Below are positions 1-8,999 of a stretch of 64,000 nt of DNA, one piece after another. The translations under genes were made by a program, and so were the position numbers. This stretch comes from a bacterium (GTDB lineage Bacteria > SAR324 > NAC60-12), in NCBI GenBank assembly GCA_965209155.1, contig OZ242383.1:2688001-2752000 (forward strand), written 5' to 3'. Numbering within the stretch: position 1 is the first letter of the stretch; each line of letters opens with the position of its first letter. The notes under the pieces were generated by a model. The model ran no database searches and was not told the DNA's origin. It saw only the letters and a list, made by a program, of their open reading frames with translations.

Positions 1-110
1 CGTGGGTCCAGGGTTATTTCGGTGAAGGAGGTATGGGATTGGGTGAACGTAATACTTTCCAAGCCCGCCTCTGGATTGATAGTGAGCTGAAGGAAGCCAG
101 GGGGAATTAG
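1..110 (+). CDS. C-terminal end of family-5 ABC substrate-binding protein (partial, runs off window)
   Basis: Frame from nt 3 reads WVQGYFGEGGMGLGERNTFQARLWIDSELKEARGN*, matching the C-termini of the other SBPs in this window (PWxxGYxGE...ARLWID). Confidence 0.85.
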   Translation, partial: WVQGYFGEGGMGLGERNTFQARLWIDSELKEARGN

Positions 111-124
111 TGCTGATAGAACAG

Positions 125-261
125 TCCCCCTTTGAAAAAGGGCCGTCCGCGTGATCCGCATTCGGGAAGCGGGGATTTTACAAGCTTAGTCCAATGAAAT
201 CCCCGCTTCCGCGTACGGCCCTGGCCCGCTTCCGCGTACGGCCCCTTTGCCAAAGGGGGGG
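125..261. repeat. REP-like nested palindromic element
   Basis: CCCCCTTTGAAAAAGGG and CCCCTTTGCCAAAGGGGG hairpins at the ends; inner inverted pair GGAAGCGGGGATTT (165-178)/AAATCCCCGCTTCC (197-210); direct repeat CCCGCTTCCGCGTACGGCCC x2. Confidence 0.7.
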
Positions 262-277
262 AAAGAAGAAGGATTCT

Positions 278-1279
278 ATGAAAACCTATCTCATCAGGCG
301 ATTATTGCTGATTATCCCCACCTTGTGGATATTGACCATCATCGTCTTTCTCGCGGTGCGCTTCATCCCCGGCGATATAGTAGATATGATGGTGGTTGAG
401 ATGGAATCGTGGCAGAATGTCAAGATCGACCGCGAATCGCTTGAGCGTATGCTGGGACTGGACGTTCCGGTGCACGTACAGTACGGACGCTGGATAGGAG
501 TGTTGCCGACTCCTGGCTGGCCTACCGGTGAGTCCCAGGTTAAAGGTCTCCTGCAAGGCACCTTTGGTGAATCCCTTCATGGCGGTTGGTCGATAGAGGA
601 GAGGCTCATCGGGAGATTGCCAGTCACCCTCGAGCTTGGGGCCATGGCCATCGTCATCAGTCTCGTAATCTCCCTGCCCGTCGGTATCTACTCGGCGATT
701 CGCCAGGATACCGCCACCGACTACGCAGGGCGCACCGTCGCCGTCATCGGCCTGGCAGCACCGAATTTCTGGCTGGCCGTGATGGTCATGCTCTACCCGT
801 CCCTCTGGTGGGGCTGGTCGCCATCGCTGGAGCTGATCACATTCCAGGAAGACCCCCTGGGGAATCTCGGCATGTTCCTCATTCCGGCAGTAATTTTGGG
901 GACGGGCATGGCGGCCGCCACCATGCGGATGATGCGCACCATGATGCTCGAGGTGCTCCGGCAGGACTACATCCGCACGGCCTGGGCCAAGGGTCTCAGG
1001 GAGCGGGTGATTATTATCGGACATGCCATCAAGAATGCATTCATCCCGGTAGTGACGCTCATCGGCCTGCAGCTCCCCCTCCTGATTGGGGGCGCCGTGA
1101 TCATGGAAGAAATATTTGCGCTACCGGGGATAGGTCGTATGTTTGTGGATGCCCTCGATCACAGAAACTACCCGGTAATTTCTGCAATCAACCTGGTTTT
1201 TGCTATCGCGGTTTTGGGGATCAATCTCTTCATCGACGCGCTTTATGCTTTCCTGGACCCCAGGGTTCGGTATAAATGA
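278..1279 (+). CDS. peptide/nickel ABC transporter permease, DppB/OppB family
   Basis: MKTYLIRRLLL..RFIPGD N-terminus, EVLRQDYIRTAWAKGL loop, LDPRVRY C-terminus; ATG 278 after AAGGA. Confidence 0.93.
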   Translation: MKTYLIRRLLLIIPTLWILTIIVFLAVRFIPGDIVDMMVVEMESWQNVKIDRESLERMLGLDVPVHVQYGRWIGVLPTPGWPTGESQVKGLLQGTFGESLHGGWSIEERLIGRLPVTLELGAMAIVISLVISLPVGIYSAIRQDTATDYAGRTVAVIGLAAPNFWLAVMVMLYPSLWWGWSPSLELITFQEDPLGNLGMFLIPAVILGTGMAAATMRMMRTMMLEVLRQDYIRTAWAKGLRERVIIIGHAIKNAFIPVVTLIGLQLPLLIGGAVIMEEIFALPGIGRMFVDALDHRNYPVISAINLVFAIAVLGINLFIDALYAFLDPRVRYK

Positions 1280-1326
1280 TTAGTGTTTTCAGTTTTCAGC
1301 TATCAGTTTTCAGCCTTGCTAATTTT

Positions 1327-1686
1327 ATGCAGGAATTTCGAAATTTAAAAGTGTGGCAAAAATCTCATCAATTGACCCTTAAAGTTTATCAATTAACCCA
1401 ATTGTTTCCAGTGGAGGAACGCTATGGCTTAACAAGTCAGATTCGACGAGCTTCTATTTCTATACCCACAAACATTGCTGAAGGATGTGGACGTGAAGGA
1501 AGTAAGGAATTATCTCGATTCTTGCAAATTGCTCTAGGTTCAGCGATGGAAGTTGAATATTTGATACTTTTTTGTAGGGATATAAAACTTTGCTCCGCGG
1601 AAATTTATGATTCATTGCAACAAGAGGTTTCGGAAATCAAGAAAATGTTAACTTCATTCATCAAGAAACTGAAAACAGAGAGCTGA
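1327..1686 (+). CDS. four helix bundle protein (TIGR02436 / 23S rRNA IVP family)
   Basis: FRNLKVWQKS...FPVEERYGLTSQIRRASISIPTNIAEGCGR...FLQIALGSAMEVEY family signature. Confidence 0.92.
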   Translation: MQEFRNLKVWQKSHQLTLKVYQLTQLFPVEERYGLTSQIRRASISIPTNIAEGCGREGSKELSRFLQIALGSAMEVEYLILFCRDIKLCSAEIYDSLQQEVSEIKKMLTSFIKKLKTES

Positions 1687-1754
1687 TAACTGAAAACTTC
1701 AATAAAGTACGGTATAAATGATTAGTGTTTTCAGTTTTCAGCCTTTCTAATTTT

Positions 1755-1893
1755 ATGCAGGATTTTCGAAATTTAAAAGTGAGGCAAAAGTCCATTTTTC
1801 TCCGCGGAAATTTATGATTCATTGCAACAAGAGGTTTCGGAAATCAAGAAAATGTTAACTTCATTCATCAAGAAACTGAAAACAGAGAGCTGA
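1755..1893 (+). pseudogene. internally deleted tandem copy of the four helix bundle gene
   Basis: 5' codons MQDFRNLKVRQKS joined out of frame to a near-exact copy of the gene's 3' end; about 220 nt missing. Confidence 0.88.
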
Positions 1894-1943
1894 TAACTGA
1901 AAACTTCAATAAAGTGCGGTATAAATAGGTGGAAATCAAAAAC

Positions 1944-2909
1944 ATGAGCGACACCAAAGATTTTCAACCCACAATCATTGAGCCCAAGCGACGGGGCCGG
2001 TTTGCTGATTTCTTTATCAGGCTGCTCAAGGAGAAGCCGTTGGGGACCTTCTGCGGGGTGATCGTCTTGATCTTTATGGTGGTGGCGATCTTTTCCGATG
2101 AGTTGGCCCCTTATCCCTATAAGAAAATGCACATGGCCGATCGGCTGACGGGTCCCTCCGCTCAGTATCTGCTGGGGACCGACCACACAGGGCGTGACTT
2201 GATGAGCCGCCTGATCGTCGGGGCTCGGATTTCCTTAGCCGTCGGTCTGGCTGCCACGGCGGTCAATGTGCTCGTTGCGCTCCTCATTGGCGGCATTTCG
2301 GGATTTATTGGAGGGAAATGGGACCTGGCGGTGCAGCGCTTTGTCGATGCCTGGATGGCCTTTCCGGGGCTGCTGCTCTTGCTGACCATCATGTCCATCG
2401 TGGGGCAGGGGTTATTCCAGCTGATCCTGGTGCTGGGGATCACCGGAGGCATCAGCGGCTCCCGAGTGATCCGAAGCGCCGTGATCGCTATCAAAGAGAA
2501 TGACTATTTTCTGGCCGCCCAAGCCGTGGGCACTCCCACGTACCAAATCCTGAGCCGCCATGTGCTGCCCAATATTATGGCGCCCCTCATCATCGTCTTC
2601 TCCATTAACATCGGCGGGGTCATCATTGCCGAAGCCTCGCTGAGCTTCCTCGGATTCGGACTGCCCACCCAGATTCCCAGCTGGGGCGGGATGCTCAGCC
2701 GGGAAGGTCGCAAATTCATGGAGCAGGCCCCCTGGCTGGCGCTCTGGCCGGGGATTTGCCTGACAATTGTCGTCTATTCCTTCAACATGTTCGGTGATGC
2801 CATGCGGGACCTGCTCGATCCCAGACTGCGGGGCGGTGAGGGCAGTTACGGCACCGCAGTAGTAAAACGCAAACGTGGATTCCTCTCCAGACTGATCCAT
2901 CCTTTCTAG
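1944..2909 (+). CDS. peptide/nickel ABC transporter permease, DppC/OppC family
   Basis: LLGTDHTGRDLMSRLIVGARISL, EASLSFLGFG..PSWGGML, GDAMRDLLDPR; alternative GTG start at 1929. Confidence 0.93.
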   Translation: MSDTKDFQPTIIEPKRRGRFADFFIRLLKEKPLGTFCGVIVLIFMVVAIFSDELAPYPYKKMHMADRLTGPSAQYLLGTDHTGRDLMSRLIVGARISLAVGLAATAVNVLVALLIGGISGFIGGKWDLAVQRFVDAWMAFPGLLLLLTIMSIVGQGLFQLILVLGITGGISGSRVIRSAVIAIKENDYFLAAQAVGTPTYQILSRHVLPNIMAPLIIVFSINIGGVIIAEASLSFLGFGLPTQIPSWGGMLSREGRKFMEQAPWLALWPGICLTIVVYSFNMFGDAMRDLLDPRLRGGEGSYGTAVVKRKRGFLSRLIHPF

Positions 2910-2991
2910 TGGTAATCACTCGAATGAACCCCGTCCTTTTTTCCTTCCTGAAAATCGCTGTTTATTCTACTTCGTCAAGTAAGGACGATGA

Positions 2992-3930
2992 CTACACTTG
3001 CTTTTTTTTCCTTTTCATTATGTGAAAGCGGCCCATGCCGAGTTTGAGCTTGGGGTCGAGCAAGTCGCGCATGGCATCGCCGAACATGTTGATGCCGAAG
3101 ACGACAATGGCCAGGCAGAGGCCCGGCCAGAGGGCGAGCACCGGAGCCCGTTCCATATACCTTTGACCTTCCAGGCTGAGCATGCCGCCCCAACTGGGTT
3201 CAGGGGGCGGGATACCAAATCCCAAAAAGCTCACGACACCTTCCCCGAGGATAGCGCCTCCCATGGTAATGGTAAAGAGAATGATCACAGGAGCCACGAT
3301 CTGGGGCAGGATGTGTTGGATAAGGATTCTCGGGGTGCTGCATCCCAAGGCGATGGCTGCTTCGACATAGGCGTTCTGTTTGACGCTCAAGACCACGCTG
3401 CGGATTGTGCGGATGTTATTGATGCCCCAGGGAACCCCCAAAACAATGGTGACCTGCACGATTCCCGGCCCGACAATCCCCATCACGGTGAGGACGATGA
3501 ACAACCACGGGAAGCACATCACCGCATCGACAAATCGCTGCAGGATGAGATCAAACTTGCCGCCCCAATACCCGGAGATGAGTCCAAAGACCGTGGCCAC
3601 CAGCACGGTGAGGAAACTGGCTCCCAACCCGACGACCATGGAAATGCGCGCTCCCACTATCAAACGGCTGAGCACGTCGCGCCCGAAATGGTCGTTTCCC
3701 AAGAGATATTCGGCGGAAGGCCCCTTCAACCGTTTGGGCAGCTTATGCAGCAGGTAATCATGCGGAGTGAGAAAATCTGCGGAGATGCCGACGAAGAAGA
3801 AAAGCACGACAATGACCAGGCCAAAAGCCCCCAGCGGCTTCTCTCGAAACAACCTGCGGAAGAAAAGGAGCCATGCCGTATTCTTAACAGATTGCGTTTC
3901 AGGTGCTGGCGTCTTCACTGCAACAGCCAT
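2992..3930 (-). CDS. peptide/nickel ABC transporter permease, DppC/OppC family
   Basis: LLGNDHFGRDVLSRLIVGARIS, PSWGGML, GDAMRDLLDP. Confidence 0.93.
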   Translation of the reverse strand: MAVAVKTPAPETQSVKNTAWLLFFRRLFREKPLGAFGLVIVVLFFFVGISADFLTPHDYLLHKLPKRLKGPSAEYLLGNDHFGRDVLSRLIVGARISMVVGLGASFLTVLVATVFGLISGYWGGKFDLILQRFVDAVMCFPWLFIVLTVMGIVGPGIVQVTIVLGVPWGINNIRTIRSVVLSVKQNAYVEAAIALGCSTPRILIQHILPQIVAPVIILFTITMGGAILGEGVVSFLGFGIPPPEPSWGGMLSLEGQRYMERAPVLALWPGLCLAIVVFGINMFGDAMRDLLDPKLKLGMGRFHIMKRKKKQV

Positions 3931-3950
3931 CGTACTCCTCTGCTCTGGTT

Positions 3951-4913
3951 TCAGGTGTACTTGATGCGGGGATCAAACCAGGCGTAGCTGATATCGATGA
4001 GGATATTCAATAACAGCACAAAGGTGGCCACGACCATGTTGACTCCGGAGATGACCGGGTAATCCCGGTGTTCGATGGATCGCACCAACATATTTCCCAG
4101 ACCCGGCAAGCTGAAAATAGTCTCGACTACCACGGCGGACCCCAGCATAACCGGGAGCAGGAGCCCGATCATGGTAATCACCGGGATGAAGGCATTCTTC
4201 AACACGTGCCGGATGATGACCCATCTCTCCCGCAAGCCCTTGGACCAGGCAGTCCGGATATAGTCCTGACTGAGCACCTCCAGCATCATATTGCGGGCAA
4301 ATCGCATGGTGATGCCCGACAACAACATCCCCAAGATAAAGGCGGGTACGATGACCATGATGAGGTGTTCCACCGGCTTGTCGGCGAAATCAACCCACGT
4401 CATACGGGTCCCCCAACCCCATAAGAGAGGAGGAAAAATCAAGACCACCGTTCCCACCCAGAAATCGGGTATGCAGATAAAGAAAATGGAGAGACTGCGA
4501 AAACCCAGATCCGTCTTGCTGTCCGGACGCATACCCGAATAGATAGCCACCGGTAAAGCGATCAGGAGGGAAATAACCAGGGCAAAACCACCCAATTCAA
4601 GCGATACCGGCAAACCGATGGCGATTAAATCGGTCACGGGTTGCTTGGACCAGAGGGAAACGCCGAGGTCCCCCCGCAATAACCCTGCCATCCACTTCAG
4701 ATACTGCTCGTGAACGGGTAAATCCAGTCCCAGTTGCCGCCTCAATGCCGTTTTGATATCCTCTTTACCACTCCGGGTTCCCCCCAAATTCTGACTGACG
4801 ATGATGTCGACTGCATCACCAGGAATAAAGCGCAGTACAAAGAAGACGATGAGGGTCACGATCCAAAGGGTTGGAATGGTCAGTAACAGCCTTCTGATGA
4901 TATATGTTTGCAT
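3951..4913 (-). CDS. peptide/nickel ABC transporter permease, DppB/OppB family
   Basis: MQTYIIRRLLL..RFIPGD, EVLSQDYIRTAWSKGL, FDPRIKY. Confidence 0.93.
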   Translation of the reverse strand: MQTYIIRRLLLTIPTLWIVTLIVFFVLRFIPGDAVDIIVSQNLGGTRSGKEDIKTALRRQLGLDLPVHEQYLKWMAGLLRGDLGVSLWSKQPVTDLIAIGLPVSLELGGFALVISLLIALPVAIYSGMRPDSKTDLGFRSLSIFFICIPDFWVGTVVLIFPPLLWGWGTRMTWVDFADKPVEHLIMVIVPAFILGMLLSGITMRFARNMMLEVLSQDYIRTAWSKGLRERWVIIRHVLKNAFIPVITMIGLLLPVMLGSAVVVETIFSLPGLGNMLVRSIEHRDYPVISGVNMVVATFVLLLNILIDISYAWFDPRIKYT

Positions 4914-4999
4914 TTCTGATTCTTCCGGCAACTACTTTGGTGGGGATTGTGGAGGAGATTTTATAAATATTTATTCCCGCTTGCGCGAAGGTGACGAGT

Positions 5000-5019
5000 G
5001 GCGGGGCCGAAGCCCCGCC
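5000..5019 (-). terminator. stable hairpin downstream of SBP gene (mRNA stabiliser or partial terminator)
   Basis: Minus strand GGCGGGGC-TTCG-GCCCCGCC, 8-bp stem with a C(UUCG)G tetraloop; no U-tract. Confidence 0.55.
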
Positions 5020-5062
5020 CGAGTTCATCGCATTTTAAAGCGCCTGGAACTAAATTGTTGCT

Positions 5063-6859
5063 TTACTCATCACAAGCCCGGTTACTGCTGCTCTCTTTCA
5101 GCTCACAGTCCAGCCAAAAGTACTTGGCGAGGTTATACTGCCAGATCAGGTCTCCATTGGCCCCATCGTAACCTTTGACCCAGGGCTGCCACCAGATATG
5201 TTGCTCAACGGTAACCCCTGTGATATGCCATGAGGTTTCAATCACGTAGAGGTAGAGCTCCGTATACAGTTTTTCATACTCAGCCGGATCTTCCGTGACC
5301 TTGAGCCTTTCCCACATTTCCGCAAGATTCTGCGCTTCTTCCCTGGTTTGGGCACTGGCCGTTTCGGCATAGGGGTTGCCGAACCAGACCAGGGTCGCAT
5401 TCGGGTCATGGTGGAAATTCATGGTCCCCTCCATGCCAATCTGCGGCGCGCCTGCGTCGATGAAGGTCAATCCGGTGAACCGGGGACCGGGTTCAGGACC
5501 CTGCGAGGTATTATACATTTCAGTGGCTTCCATCACGTCGAGGGTAGCCCGGATACCGACAGCATTGAGATAGCTGGCGAAGAGTTCCGCATCTTCCTGG
5601 ATTTGCGGATGCGCCATGATGGTCGTGTCAAAACCATCGGGGTAGCCGGCCTCCGCGAGCAACCGCTTCGACTCCTCGGGGTGGTACTCATACAGCATGG
5701 CCAGGTCTTCGCGTCCCATTGCCCTCAGTTTTTCCGCACCGATCCATTTATCGCCGTGTCCCCGTTGGGCGGGGTAACCTTCCGCATAACCGAGGCCTAA
5801 ATAGACGTTATCGATCATTTCCTGGCGATTGACGGCCATCATAGCCGCATGGCGGACCCGGCGGTCCCCCCAGGGAGTCCCTTCAATGGCGAGATTCGGA
5901 TTATAGCCGCGCAACAAGTCGCCTTGCGGTCGGTGTCCGAGTTCGGGATTGGACTTGGCAAGGGCTTGGGTGTCTTCTGGTTGGAGCCCAAAGAAACCAT
6001 AGATGTCTATCTGGCCAGTACGCAGTCCGGCAATAGCCGTAGCATTGCTGTCGGCAGTGGGAACCAGCGTCAGTTTGTCCATATAGGGCACCTTTCTCCC
6101 GTTGAAGGGATCCGTATCCCAGTAGGTCGGATTCTTCTTCAAGGTGGTACTCACCCCGTTGACGTGATCGATGGGGATCCAGGGACCCGTGCCCAGACCA
6201 TCCTGCCATTTGGCCGGATCGACACCCTCGGTCTGGTGCAATTCCGGCGGGGAAAAACTGACACGGTCCAGGGTCACGAAAAACCACTCGGCCGCATCGG
6301 GTTCCGGATACTCGACGTCTATCAACCAGGGATCGTCTGCCCGCACCGTCCATTTCCAGTCTCGGTCGGAGGCGGCCGAGCCGGGTATCTCCGCTTCCAG
6401 ATTCCAACGGTCGACGATATCCTGCGCGGTCATCTCCCTGCCGTACACCCCTTTCAGATTCGGGTTGGGTTGAAAGACATCCTGCTCGCGCCAGTAGTGA
6501 ACGCCTTGACGCATGCGAAAAGTCACGCCGTTGATTCCATGGATTTCCCAGGATTCGAAGAGCTGACCCATCTGTTTTCTGATATTGATAAACCAGAAGT
6601 TGGGGTAACTCTCCTCACCGGTACCCCTCGGTCCTTTGAACCAATTCACCGTGTATGCCCCGTCATACATGGCACCAAAGGCGGCGTCGCGCCAACCGTC
6701 CGTGGGATTGAAGGAACCGTTCAGCCCAGGTATGCCGGACATGATGATGGCGCCTCCATAAACGGGATCTTTGTTGATATCTCCGGCTTCATGCGCCACA
6801 GCAAGTCCGATCCCCATCAAACCAGCAACAAGAAAACAAATTGATTTTTTCAGATACAT
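5063..6859 (-). CDS. family-5 ABC transporter substrate-binding protein
   Basis: Signal peptide, PVYGG, GTGPW, KKNPTYW, DRRVRHAAMMAVNR, LLAEAGYPDGF; RBS AAGGAG. Confidence 0.9.
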   Translation of the reverse strand: MYLKKSICFLVAGLMGIGLAVAHEAGDINKDPVYGGAIIMSGIPGLNGSFNPTDGWRDAAFGAMYDGAYTVNWFKGPRGTGEESYPNFWFINIRKQMGQLFESWEIHGINGVTFRMRQGVHYWREQDVFQPNPNLKGVYGREMTAQDIVDRWNLEAEIPGSAASDRDWKWTVRADDPWLIDVEYPEPDAAEWFFVTLDRVSFSPPELHQTEGVDPAKWQDGLGTGPWIPIDHVNGVSTTLKKNPTYWDTDPFNGRKVPYMDKLTLVPTADSNATAIAGLRTGQIDIYGFFGLQPEDTQALAKSNPELGHRPQGDLLRGYNPNLAIEGTPWGDRRVRHAAMMAVNRQEMIDNVYLGLGYAEGYPAQRGHGDKWIGAEKLRAMGREDLAMLYEYHPEESKRLLAEAGYPDGFDTTIMAHPQIQEDAELFASYLNAVGIRATLDVMEATEMYNTSQGPEPGPRFTGLTFIDAGAPQIGMEGTMNFHHDPNATLVWFGNPYAETASAQTREEAQNLAEMWERLKVTEDPAEYEKLYTELYLYVIETSWHITGVTVEQHIWWQPWVKGYDGANGDLIWQYNLAKYFWLDCELKESSSNRACDE

Positions 6860-7142
6860 GGATTCTCCTTATATTAAAGAATTATAAAAAAGCACTTTCA
6901 ATGCTTTGCAAAATGCATTCAGCTTCCACCTTGGAAGAAGCATTCCGGATTCCATCCCGACTATAAATAATTTGCTTACTGAAAGTCAATCGTTTTAATT
7001 TGGATGATTTTTTTTCTGGATTGATCGCAGATCATGAATTTAATCATCGAATTGGTACATTTCCATTTTATTTGAAAACTCTTGGGAATTTTACGAAGAG
7101 TTCCCCGAGACATTCGCATCCAACACGCAAATAAGGAGATAT

Positions 7143-7295
7143 ATGGAGGAGTTGTTCACGTGGAGCTGGCAGGAAAGGGATATGATTTTCCCGGTTTTGC
7201 TCTTTCTTTTCATTTTTGCGGTTTATCGTCTCTTCCTTTACGAAATGCGAAGGAAGGACAAGCTGAAAAGAGAAGAGGATCGCAAGAAAAGATGA
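7143..7295 (+). CDS. small single-pass membrane protein, 50 aa (below ORF-track cutoff)
   Basis: TAAGGAG RBS; MEELFTWSWQERDMIFPVLLFLFIFAVYRLFLYEMRRKDKLKREEDRKKR*, one hydrophobic helix plus charged tail. Confidence 0.65.
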   Translation: MEELFTWSWQERDMIFPVLLFLFIFAVYRLFLYEMRRKDKLKREEDRKKR

Positions 7296-7308
7296 CGTGG
7301 ATTACGAT

Positions 7309-8064
7309 TCATTCGTCCTTTACGTAATCGATCGTCATGATAACCTTCAGGCTTTTGCCATATTCATCATTGATATTGGATAGCCCTTCTACGATCAGAG
7401 GTTGCCGGGTATGGGCATGGTAAGTAACGAGAATGGGAGCCACTAACAGGCGTAGAAACGCATTTTCCAATTCGATTTGATAAACGACGACATCCTGGTC
7501 ATGCCATCGATCCTCTTTGATTTTTTCAATTTGAAAGGAAAAGTAATCCAACTGGGCCGGGACGATAAATTTAAAAAATTGTTTCTCTCCATGAAAGAGT
7601 TTCTCCCAATTTTTTTGCACGAAAAAATGGAAGCCCATGTCTGCCACGGCCGGCTCGGGAACAACCAATGGCTTTTTAATCAGACGCGCATCCCGGTTCT
7701 TACGCCAGTATACGATGACCGAATCTCCGGAATGGGATATTCCTTCCAGGTAGCCATCACGAAAATCTTCCAGACGGTACTCCGGGATCAAGGGATTTTG
7801 GTGAAACTGGAGGTCTTTTTGCGCGATTATTTTTTTTTGTGGAGATTGATAGATGGCCCGGGCAGAACGGTTTTGCAGGTCATCCGAAGTTTCTTGGAAT
7901 TCTTCGACATAAACCAGGTTTTTGGAAAGTTGATCAAAGGCGTTGCCAATATAATGCGGAATTTCAATGGATTGCGTCCGAGCGAACGACGGTGCCCATA
8001 TGATTAATAAAAATGCGGATACTGCGACCCTAAAAAATAAACTGGATTTCATTATTGGTTTCAT
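7309..8064 (-). CDS. hypothetical exported protein
   Basis: 251-aa ORF with signal-peptide-like N-terminus (SFA cleavage motif); no family recognised; start may be the second Met. Confidence 0.7.
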   Translation of the reverse strand: MKPIMKSSLFFRVAVSAFLLIIWAPSFARTQSIEIPHYIGNAFDQLSKNLVYVEEFQETSDDLQNRSARAIYQSPQKKIIAQKDLQFHQNPLIPEYRLEDFRDGYLEGISHSGDSVIVYWRKNRDARLIKKPLVVPEPAVADMGFHFFVQKNWEKLFHGEKQFFKFIVPAQLDYFSFQIEKIKEDRWHDQDVVVYQIELENAFLRLLVAPILVTYHAHTRQPLIVEGLSNINDEYGKSLKVIMTIDYVKDE

Positions 8065-8254
8065 TCGGCAATCTTTAAGACGTCATCCCTTACAATTTTT
8101 CTCTTGCGAAGCCCGTTGCGATCACAGTCAAGGGCCATGCAATATTCCTGCAAAAGTTGGTGTTCCGGAACTTCCGGCAAAAGCCATTCCAAACTATCGG
8201 ATGCGGTCCATTCTTGCCACTGGCCGAACTCCTCTTGCGGCTATTGGCAGCGTT

Positions 8255-8354
8255 GTCATTCCGGGCGAAGACCCGGAATCCAAGGACCGTTTGCCCGCTT
8301 CGATATCCTTTTTCGTGGGAATGAGATAGAGGGTATGTACGGACTTTCGCCGCA
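8255..8354. repeat. degenerate REP-like doublet (GTCATTCC...GGAATG type)
   Basis: GTCATTCCGGGCGAAGACCCGGAATCCA ... CGTGGGAATGAG, followed by a 20-mer also present at 54022-54041. Confidence 0.5.
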
Positions 8355-8580
8355 GTGTACTGGTTTCCGATATATCTGGTGGTGAGTTTCCTGGCAGAAC
8401 AGTTTGTAATCCGTTGCGTTGGATCGGGGAGCGGCCAACGCGCTGAATTCGACCCCTCAGCGCCGTTGTCATATTTCAAGTTGAAATTTATGGGGAGGTG
8501 GTGTTATCTTCTTTTTCTATATGATCTTTCAATTTCTTTAAAAAGTAAAATTCTTTCACATATTTTTATCAGGAATCCCT

Positions 8581-8973
8581 ATGCCTTTGAACGTACTCCA
8601 CCATTGCTCGATTCGTACGCTTAAGTTGAAAAAAACTCGTGATTTTTTTGTCGACGTATTGGGAATGAAAGACGGGAAGCGCCCCGATTTCAAATTTCCC
8701 GGTCACTGGCTTTACGTAGGAAAAGAACCCGTCATCCATTTGATTGGCCTGGAGCCGAAAGCCCTGAAAAAACGGAAAGACACGAAAGAATGGCAAGGTT
8801 CCGGTGCGGTCGATCACATTGCCTTCAATATCACGGAACCTAAAAAATTGCGTAAGCGTATCAAACGTCATTCTGTTGGATTCGAAGAAAAAACGGTGCC
8901 TGGAACGGGACTGTACCAGATATTCCTGCATGATCCCAACGGCATCAAGGTTGAATTAAATTATTGGGCATAA
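8581..8973 (+). CDS. VOC / glyoxalase family protein
   Basis: LHHCSIRT...FFVDVLG..RPDFKFPGHWLY...IHL...DHIAF...QIFLHDPNGIKVELN. Confidence 0.88.
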   Translation: MPLNVLHHCSIRTLKLKKTRDFFVDVLGMKDGKRPDFKFPGHWLYVGKEPVIHLIGLEPKALKKRKDTKEWQGSGAVDHIAFNITEPKKLRKRIKRHSVGFEEKTVPGTGLYQIFLHDPNGIKVELNYWA

Positions 8974-8999
8974 CGAAACCATCAACGGAAAACGGGTCA

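Larger units (their letters stand above)
1268..1926 (+). mobile_element. putative four-helix-bundle cassette (full unit plus deleted tandem unit) bounded by CGGTATAAAT direct repeats
   Basis: CGGTATAAAT at 1268-1277, 1710-1719 and 1917-1926; inverted heptamer arrays frame each unit; AT-rich relative to the flanking permeases. Confidence 0.65.

Noticed and set aside
1327..1686. Diversity-generating retroelement or 23S rRNA intervening sequence
   Set aside because: The protein is Avd/IVP-like, but the window has no reverse transcriptase and no rRNA, and the differences between the two copies are not confined to adenines as a TR/VR pair would require.
2998..6844. Long antisense ORFs (2998-3987, 5849-6844; also 23034-23840, 62760-63782 and similar)
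   Set aside because: Shadow frames opposite well-supported GC-rich genes, with no recognisable motifs.
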